A DNA stretch of 64,000 bases from Candidatus Heimdallarchaeum aukensis (GTDB lineage Archaea; Asgardarchaeota; Heimdallarchaeia; Heimdallarchaeales; Heimdallarchaeaceae): positions 1,376,001 to 1,440,000 of the forward strand of contig CP084166.1 in NCBI GenBank assembly GCA_021513695.1. The letters run 5' to 3'. Position 1 is the stretch's first letter. Each line of letters opens with the position of its first letter. The position numbers and the translations under genes are program-made. The notes beneath the pieces are model-generated. The model had not been told where the DNA came from. It saw nothing but the letters and a program-made list of their open reading frames with translations, and made no database searches. Below, in pieces: positions 57,899-64,000 of the stretch.

Positions 57899-58930
57899 TT
57901 ATATATAGAAGTCTAAAGTTCTTTGCTTCGTTAGTGGAATCGCATCAAATCCTCTTCTTTTTAATTCAGAAGCAAAATTAAGAGAAGAACCATAGATTGT
58001 ATACACTTTCCGAGGATTACATCGTTCTACAATTTCAATTAGTTCATTAAAATCGGCATGGTCACTAATAACTATCCCATGGTCGATTGACATTTGAAAC
58101 TTATATCTAGGAAAATTACACCAACCAGAAAAGGCAAATAATTTAACATTATATTTTGACCTCAAATGTTTGAGAAAGCCGTTTCTTCCACTCATTAAAG
58201 GAGAAAACAAAATCCAAGGTTTTTCGTTTGCTAATAGATTATTCTTTTTCATATATTCATAGGAATTATAATTAAAACATATATTCGGGTTAACTGACTC
58301 TAGTATTTTCTGGATTTTTAGATTCGAATCATGTAAAATCAAATTATCAGAAAGATTAGAGAATTTTTCATATAATATTTGGGCTTTACCATAAGGATAA
58401 CCCATCAGCACTACAGGAATATTTTTTGATAAATAGTCCTCAATGAGATCTTTCGCTCTTTTAATCTCTTCTTCAAAAGGTGGAAATTGGTACTTAGGTT
58501 CTCCAAAGGTAGATTCAATGATTAACGTATCACAGTCTTTGGGTTGAAAAGGTTCAATTAATTTTCCTTTTCTTTGAATAGAAACATCACCAGTGTAAAT
58601 TATCCTTTTATCATTAGAATCGATTTGTAAAGCTGTAGAACCAACGGTATGTCCACTTGGAATTTGAGTAAATTTCACCTCTTCAAATTCTAAAAATCTA
58701 ACGAAATTGTTTGCCTTTAACCTTGGAAAAAAGTGTTTTAATAAAGATTCAGTGTAAGAACTACTAAGAATAACAGTATTTTCTAAAACAGATCTAGTTG
58801 TATGATCAGAGTGAGCGTGACTTACAAAAAGTAGATCTGTCGTATTTTTTCTTGTGACATCACAAGTAATAGACCAAGCTCTATCAGTTATTTGAATACC
58901 AGAATTCTTTATAATCTTCATTTCAACCAA
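57899..58930 (-). CDS. Metallo-beta-lactamase-fold hydrolase, beta-CASP-like (SNM1/CPSF/ligase-associated exonuclease type)
   Basis: 343 aa. Motifs are 'FVSHAHSDHT' (HxHxDH), 'PSGHTVGS', 'IYTGDVS', 'IIESTFGE' and the C-terminal 'ISDHADFNE'. Confidence 0.68.
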   Translation of the reverse strand: MVEMKIIKNSGIQITDRAWSITCDVTRKNTTDLLFVSHAHSDHTTRSVLENTVILSSSYTESLLKHFFPRLKANNFVRFLEFEEVKFTQIPSGHTVGSTALQIDSNDKRIIYTGDVSIQRKGKLIEPFQPKDCDTLIIESTFGEPKYQFPPFEEEIKRAKDLIEDYLSKNIPVVLMGYPYGKAQILYEKFSNLSDNLILHDSNLKIQKILESVNPNICFNYNSYEYMKKNNLLANEKPWILFSPLMSGRNGFLKHLRSKYNVKLFAFSGWCNFPRYKFQMSIDHGIVISDHADFNELIEIVERCNPRKVYTIYGSSLNFASELKRRGFDAIPLTKQRTLDFYI

Positions 58931-58967
58931 TTAAACGTAAGAATTCTTAAGAAAAAAAAAGAAAATA

Positions 58968-59618
58968 TTATTCAAGTGGTATAGAAACTACCATTATGTC
59001 TTTTTCTTCTACTTCATCTTTGACTATTTTCTTTATGACATCTTTTGCTAATTCTTCCATCTCTTCAATTGTTAAATCTTCTTTGTACTTTTCTTTAAGA
59101 ATGGAAATTGCTTCTGTATCTCCTTCTCCTATTGCTTTTGCTTTTACAGAGATTACTCCGCCACCAGGGTCTACATAATACAGAGATGATCCTGTATCAT
59201 CTACTCCTCCTATCAACAATCCTACTCCAAAAGGCCTTACTCCTCCTTGTTGAGTGTAAAGTTGGCAGTAATCTCCAATTTTTGTAGATAATCCCTTAAT
59301 ATCTGTTGGGAGATCATAGGTCATTCTAAATATTTGAGCTTCTAGTCTTGCTCTTGAAATTAGTACTCTCCCATCTGCAGCTACTCCTGCAAAGGTTGCA
59401 TATACTTTTTCATCTATTTTATGTACTTTGGCATCTGGTTCGTTTAAATCAACGACTCTTAATAAGCCAGCTAGTACAACACCATTTTTACTCTTTATAC
59501 CTACTGCTATGCTTCCTCGTCTTACGGATTCTCTTGCATATTCTACTTGTATCAATCGTCCTTCAGGACTATACATGATTGAAGTTCTATCATATCCCAT
59601 TGATTGTGGACCTAACAT
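58968..59618 (-). CDS. psmA: Proteasome alpha subunit
   Basis: 216 aa. The N-terminal alpha-type signature is 'YDRTSIMYSPEGRLIQVEYA'. Confidence 0.88.
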   Translation of the reverse strand: MLGPQSMGYDRTSIMYSPEGRLIQVEYARESVRRGSIAVGIKSKNGVVLAGLLRVVDLNEPDAKVHKIDEKVYATFAGVAADGRVLISRARLEAQIFRMTYDLPTDIKGLSTKIGDYCQLYTQQGGVRPFGVGLLIGGVDDTGSSLYYVDPGGGVISVKAKAIGEGDTEAISILKEKYKEDLTIEEMEELAKDVIKKIVKDEVEEKDIMVVSIPLE

Positions 59619-59619
59619 T

Positions 59620-60306
59620 TTATAACTCCTCCAATATTTTCTTTATCTCTTCTTCAGTTAACCAACGGATTCCATCTTTGTTTACAACCAATGCATCCAT
59701 ACCATTTCCAGTTGCTGTATCTCTGCTAATTGAAGTTGATAGTGCTCTTAGTCCTAGTTTAATTGCTTCATCTTCTGTAAGACCTTCTTTCCAGAAAGCT
59801 TCTAATACACCATAAGAGAAGAGCGAACCTGAACCTGTTGAAGCATAGTCTTCATCAATTATTGCACCAGAAGCATCCAAATTATAAACGTGAGGACCAT
59901 ATTTATCTAGACCACATACTAACATTGCAACATAGAACGGCATGTAAGATCTAAACTGTTCATATAGTATAGAAGCAAGAAGATTTCCTGCCATTTTTGT
60001 TGTTGGGGGATAACCTCTGTTTAGTTCATATAGATTTAAGTTAGCTTTAGTAAGGTTAACTAAATATTGGGCATCAGCTACTAAACCAGCGATCGTTGCA
60101 ACAGTATAATCATTTAATTGGTGGAGCTTTTTAGCTCTCTTCGAAGCAACGAAGGTTCCTGCAGAAGCTCGTCTATCAGTAGCAACAACAACACCATCTT
60201 TAAATCTAAGAGCAACAGTAGTTGTCCCTTTCATTGGATTTTCAAATGGATTTTGTTGTCCATAATTATTCATCATATTCATTTTCAAACCTCTATTTTT
60301 TTTCAC
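59620..60306 (-). CDS. psmB: Proteasome beta subunit (with propeptide)
   Basis: 228 aa. The propeptide is followed by 'G|TTTVALRFKDGVVVATDRRAS' with the catalytic Thr. Its stop lies 1 nt from the psmA start. Confidence 0.88.
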   Translation of the reverse strand: MKKNRGLKMNMMNNYGQQNPFENPMKGTTTVALRFKDGVVVATDRRASAGTFVASKRAKKLHQLNDYTVATIAGLVADAQYLVNLTKANLNLYELNRGYPPTTKMAGNLLASILYEQFRSYMPFYVAMLVCGLDKYGPHVYNLDASGAIIDEDYASTGSGSLFSYGVLEAFWKEGLTEDEAIKLGLRALSTSISRDTATGNGMDALVVNKDGIRWLTEEEIKKILEEL

Positions 60307-60458
60307 TAATAATGTGATTGTTTCTAAATATCAATTATCTTTTTCCTTTATAATGACTCACTTTTTACAGATTTTGAGTAAGTAAAATGAAGAATTATAA
60401 GAAATACTCACAATTCGTATATAAAGATATATTTATTATATTTAATAACATTTGAATA

Positions 60459-61154
60459 ATGAATGCAATGAATCTGCATAGAGATGATTTTGAGAAATTC
60501 CAATATAGTGAGCCTAACTTAGGAAACTTACCATATGACTTTTTTTACTCAAATGAATATAATTACATTACACTCCCTGAAGTGCAAGTTCTCTTTGCTT
60601 TATCAGATTCAAGTGTATCATATACATTCTCCGGACTAAGAAAGAAAACTCAATTACATCAATATAAAATCTCTAAATCTTTAAAAAGGTTACAAGAGCG
60701 AGACTTAATTGATAAGGAACAAGATGGAACTTATTCCTTAACAACAAAGGGAGAAGAATTTTCTCGAAAACTAGTCAAGGAACTATTAAAAAGAAAAAAT
60801 ATTTCTTATGAAAAATATGACGATTTTCAAACTCAAAGGGTAAAATTATTTACAAAAAGAAGTTTAGACCAACATTATATTAAAAATAAGCTTTATGGAC
60901 GTTGGTTTGGTGACTTCAGGTTTTTATACGCTAAAGAAGATGGAAAAAGTTTGAAACTTTGTTGGGAAGATACAGAAAATTGGCAAATAACTTTAGAGAA
61001 CACTTCGAATAACCAGTTGTACATCCAATTTAATCACAGAGATTATGAAAAAACGAAAATTGACAACTTCACTAACTGGCTATCAAAAGAGTTACTTACA
61101 GAAGTTGATATTCCATCTTATTCAATAGATAAAGAGTCAGAAGTCTACAATTAA
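60459..61154 (+). CDS. Hypothetical protein with a winged-helix (MarR/ArsR-like) DNA-binding segment
   Basis: 231 aa. 'LSGLRKKTQLHQYKISKSLKRLQERDLIDKEQDGTYSLTTKG' looks like a wHTH recognition helix plus wing. Confidence 0.42.
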   Translation: MNAMNLHRDDFEKFQYSEPNLGNLPYDFFYSNEYNYITLPEVQVLFALSDSSVSYTFSGLRKKTQLHQYKISKSLKRLQERDLIDKEQDGTYSLTTKGEEFSRKLVKELLKRKNISYEKYDDFQTQRVKLFTKRSLDQHYIKNKLYGRWFGDFRFLYAKEDGKSLKLCWEDTENWQITLENTSNNQLYIQFNHRDYEKTKIDNFTNWLSKELLTEVDIPSYSIDKESEVYN

Positions 61155-61184
61155 CTTAAAAAATCATAATAAACCTTTTTTGAT

Positions 61185-62930
61185 TTAATTTTCAAAAACC
61201 GAATGCATGTCTGAAATATCGTCTTCTGGTGTTTCTGCAGTGGGGTGTAGAAACACTTCTCCATCTAATATCGTAAAGGGAATCCTCCTTTTATCGATCC
61301 ATGGTGCAATTTCTCTAAATTCTTTAAAGAGATCATTACTTACAATCATTGCTGTTTCCTCTTCTGCTATTCTAAGAATAAATTTATCTCCGTCAACTCT
61401 CGCAGGTAGCATCTTTATAGCTCCTTCTTTCACTAGTTGATCCAACCTTCTTTGATTATCAATTTGATACCTAAGTGCAGCATCTGCAACCGTAATTATT
61501 TTCTTAAAGTTTGACCGACTAAGTTTATTGATCATTGCTTCAATGTTAGCTAACTTCGGATGACCAGCAGCATCTTTTTCTTCCCAAGCAACATTGCTTC
61601 CATCAACTATGACTACATCATAAGGATAAGTTGTTTCTGGAAATATGCGTTCTTGCTCACCTTTAGTTATCTTTACTAATCCTTTAATGATGTCTCTTGA
61701 GAAATAACCTATTCCTAGAAGTACTGTTATTAAAAGAATGATAATTGTAATATTTTTATCAAATGGATTTAACGGTTCGTCATTAGATATAATCTGAATA
61801 TGAAATACACCACTAAAATAAAAACTTGTAAACCAATAAATATCAGGTTGAATTTCCCAAGCTATTTGAATCGAAAGGGTGATCGTGGTATTGCCAGCTT
61901 CTATGGGTTTATCCTTTAAGATTATATGATGCCCTGAAAAGCTTGGAGATATAGCAAATATTTCTCCATTAACCTCTGAAAAAGCTATTAGAGGACAAGT
62001 GATTTCATGTTCAATATATACAACATCATCCTCAAAATTTGCTATGTTATAAGTGATTGAATAGTCTTTATTTAGTGAAGCATTCACGGAAAAATGAACA
62101 TTACTAATTGAAATATTAGGATAACAGATTATATACAAAGGCTCACTTAATACAATAACAGGATTATCTGGATCATCTAGATTTGTAAATGAAACCTGAT
62201 ATGAATGTTTTTGGTATAAAGGCTCATTTGTAAAAAACCTTATTGTTCCTTTGTAGCTTTCTCCACTATTTAACATTAGATTCAAATATGGAAGATAGAT
62301 AATGGGACTAGCTTCTGTCCCTTGCCGATTAACCAAGGCTGAGATAGTTACATTAGTTACAGCTGTACCCCCAACATTTACCAACTGGAAGTCTACTTCA
62401 GTAGTTGAATTACGTTTGAGGATTATTTTATTATTAACAAATGTCATTTCTATTTGCCCACTAGGGAGAACCTCGAGGGTAAAAATAGCAGTTTGATAAG
62501 TGGTTATGACATTTGTTCCATTAACAAAACTTTCGACTGAATAGTTTCCTGCTGGCTGGCTGTAAAAATCTTTTTTGTTGATTTTTACTACATAATCAGT
62601 TGAAGAATTACTAACTATATGCTTGTTTTCAATGATGTTTGCAGTTTCATAAGAGATGTTATAAAAAATAGTAGCATCACCATCAATAGGACTACCATTT
62701 AACCAAGACAAATGGAAAAATAAAATTAAATCATTTATTCCGCGTTTAATTACAGAAGAATTCAAAGATAAAGTAAAATTCACTTCTGATTTCTCTGAAA
62801 AATTATAATAATTCGAAACTGGTTCTTGTGAAACAATTACTTCAGAATTTGACATTGGAGAACTTATTAAGAAACTTGAGAACATGAAGAATGTGAGGAT
62901 AGATAGCGTAATTACTAGCTTTTTTTTCAT
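61185..62930 (-). CDS. Single-pass membrane protein: signal peptide, large extracellular domain, TM helix and a cytoplasmic Zc3h12a-type NYN ribonuclease domain
   Basis: 581 aa. The N-terminus is 'LVITLSILTFFMFSSFLISS' and the TM is 'ITIIILLITVLLGIGYF'. The C-terminus 'VVIVDGSNVAWEE...IITVADAALR...AMIVSNDLF' matches the NYN/Zc3h12a motifs (vviDGsNva ... ivSND). Confidence 0.65.
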   Translation of the reverse strand: MKKKLVITLSILTFFMFSSFLISSPMSNSEVIVSQEPVSNYYNFSEKSEVNFTLSLNSSVIKRGINDLILFFHLSWLNGSPIDGDATIFYNISYETANIIENKHIVSNSSTDYVVKINKKDFYSQPAGNYSVESFVNGTNVITTYQTAIFTLEVLPSGQIEMTFVNNKIILKRNSTTEVDFQLVNVGGTAVTNVTISALVNRQGTEASPIIYLPYLNLMLNSGESYKGTIRFFTNEPLYQKHSYQVSFTNLDDPDNPVIVLSEPLYIICYPNISISNVHFSVNASLNKDYSITYNIANFEDDVVYIEHEITCPLIAFSEVNGEIFAISPSFSGHHIILKDKPIEAGNTTITLSIQIAWEIQPDIYWFTSFYFSGVFHIQIISNDEPLNPFDKNITIIILLITVLLGIGYFSRDIIKGLVKITKGEQERIFPETTYPYDVVIVDGSNVAWEEKDAAGHPKLANIEAMINKLSRSNFKKIITVADAALRYQIDNQRRLDQLVKEGAIKMLPARVDGDKFILRIAEEETAMIVSNDLFKEFREIAPWIDKRRIPFTILDGEVFLHPTAETPEDDISDMHSVFEN

Positions 62931-63005
62931 TTAATGACCTCCAATGTTATTAGTGAAGTAATAATTCCATTATAGTATATTCTCTTAATAAATCTTTATC
63001 TTAAA

Positions 63006-63704
63006 GGGTGTGCGGGAATACCCCTGATTCTGTTCGGAAGTCATTTACATGAAACTTCTTAGCAACATTCATCTATGCGCTTTACCCGACTTAGAAAGTC
63101 CTATTTAAGCTTGCACCACGATGTATGATCGTTTCATCGCTCCCTCTTTACTCCTCAATAACTTCATAGGACACCCTATGTGTCATATCATTGTCAACGT
63201 AAAGAGGACGTGTCGTTTCTATTTCAGGGACCACGTTCTCACGTGATGGGTTTGCACCCATATCGCTTGTTAGGTGTCAGGAGGTTCCTCAGGTTTAACC
63301 CGAAAGTTGCTCTCCCGCTCACCCTAAGAGTACTATGTTTTTATCAAAAATAAAGATAGCTGTCACAGATTGCTGACATTCTCTCACGCTAAAGCGTGGG
63401 AGGTTCTTGATTCTACAGAGAGAAGCAAAGGGCGTGCCACCGCCCCGTTAATGACTCCCGCAGGGAAACGTTCACCCTGAGCGAGACCTATATTTAAACA
63501 ACCTACAGCGTCTCTATGGGGCTCTAAGCCACAATCAAGACATTTGAATAATCTTTTTCTTTTGAATACGTGCGTAGAACGACAACGGGGGCAAATAGAG
63601 GAACTGTGTGCTTCTATAACTTCTTTTACGCTTATACCGTATTCTTCTGCCTTTGCTTTGATTCTCGTAACGAGATAATTATGACTCCAAAAATTGTGTA
63701 CCAT
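63006..63704 (-). mobile_element. Remnant of an IS200/IS605-family element: tnpB 3' fragment plus a GC-rich downstream (right-end / possible omega-RNA) region
   Basis: An abrupt GC-rich block of about 700 bp (about 50% GC by eye) lies in about 30% GC surroundings. Hairpins occur at the tnpB stop, e.g. ctctcacgc-taaa-gcgtgggag at 63381..63402 and tgtca-cagattgc-tgaca at 63361..63378. Confidence 0.4.
63384..63704 (-). pseudogene. tnpB: Truncated TnpB (IS200/IS605 OrfB) gene: only the C-terminal RuvC-III / zinc-ribbon part is present
   Basis: 106-aa ORF. 'RIKAKAEEYGISVKEVIEAHSSSICPRCRSTHVFKRKRLFKCLDCGLEPHRDAVGCLNIGL' fits the TnpB C-terminal pattern (..TSqtC..CG...R.f.C..CG...dRD.NAa.NI). Stops occur within 8 codons upstream of the Met, and the AT-rich 5' flank does not code. 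Confidence 0.6.
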
Positions 63705-64000
63705 AGAATTGGTTTTTTTTTCTCTTTAAATTATTTTTTCTAATTCTTGTTATATTCTTTTTTATTACAGTTTTATATTTAACTTAAGCGTTTTTAATTC
63801 TTACATAATTTATCTCAACCCTGAAGGGTATGAGCTTTTTTGCGTATAAAATAGCAAATATATTTTGAAAATGGAACAAAAATATTAAATCTTAAGTCGA
63901 TACTTTACAACAAAAGACATTAAATATCGAATGATTTATTTAGGTAAGGAAAATTCAATGTTTGAAGAGTGAAAAAGGGCCAGTAGTCTAGCTTGGATAA

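Noticed and set aside
63006-63383. Considered that the GC-rich block might be an rRNA fragment, RNase P RNA or SRP RNA
   Set aside because: I could not recognise any universally conserved rRNA, RNase P or SRP motifs. Its position immediately 3' of a TnpB coding end on the same strand fits an IS605 right end/omega-RNA better. This remains unverified.

Overview
This is a 64 kb window of an AT-rich archaeal chromosome (roughly 30% GC by eye; I did not compute it). Coding density is high and many genes are preceded by GGAGG-like Shine-Dalgarno motifs.

The archaeal assignment rests on these recognisable genes:
- TFB
- the PriL/PriS primase pair
- Y-family DinB polymerase
- XPD/Rad3 helicase
- archaeal-type AlaRS and ArgRS
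- thioredoxin
- the proteasome alpha/beta pair
- KEOPS subunits Kae1, Bud32 and a Cgi121-like protein
- a Tsr3-like gene
- one tRNA-Arg(CCT)

The window also carries a striking set of eukaryote-signature-like genes:
- at least five Roadblock/LC7-fold proteins, three of them an adjacent paralogue triplet
- a small GTPase with WDxGGQ/HKxD (Arf/Rag-like) motifs
- a JAMM/MPN+ metalloprotease
- an atypical protein kinase
- a SepF-like protein

Together with the low GC, these suggest an Asgard (Lokiarchaeia-like) archaeon. This is an inference only.

Accessory content:
- a BshA-like GT4 glycosyltransferase convergent with a BshC-like gene (a bacillithiol-type thiol pathway, probably of bacterial origin)
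- a secreted HKD phospholipase-D/nuclease fused to a lamin-tail domain
- a membrane protein with a cytoplasmic Zc3h12a-type NYN RNase domain
- a DHH/RecJ-like nuclease with DnaJ-type CxxCxGxG zinc repeats
- an acidic protein built from perfect 27-bp and 51-bp tandem repeats
- a GC-rich island at the 3' end holding only the C-terminal zinc-ribbon/RuvC part of a TnpB (IS200/IS605) gene

I saw no CRISPR array or rRNA. Most short antisense ORFs in the supplied track overlap well-supported genes and were discarded.
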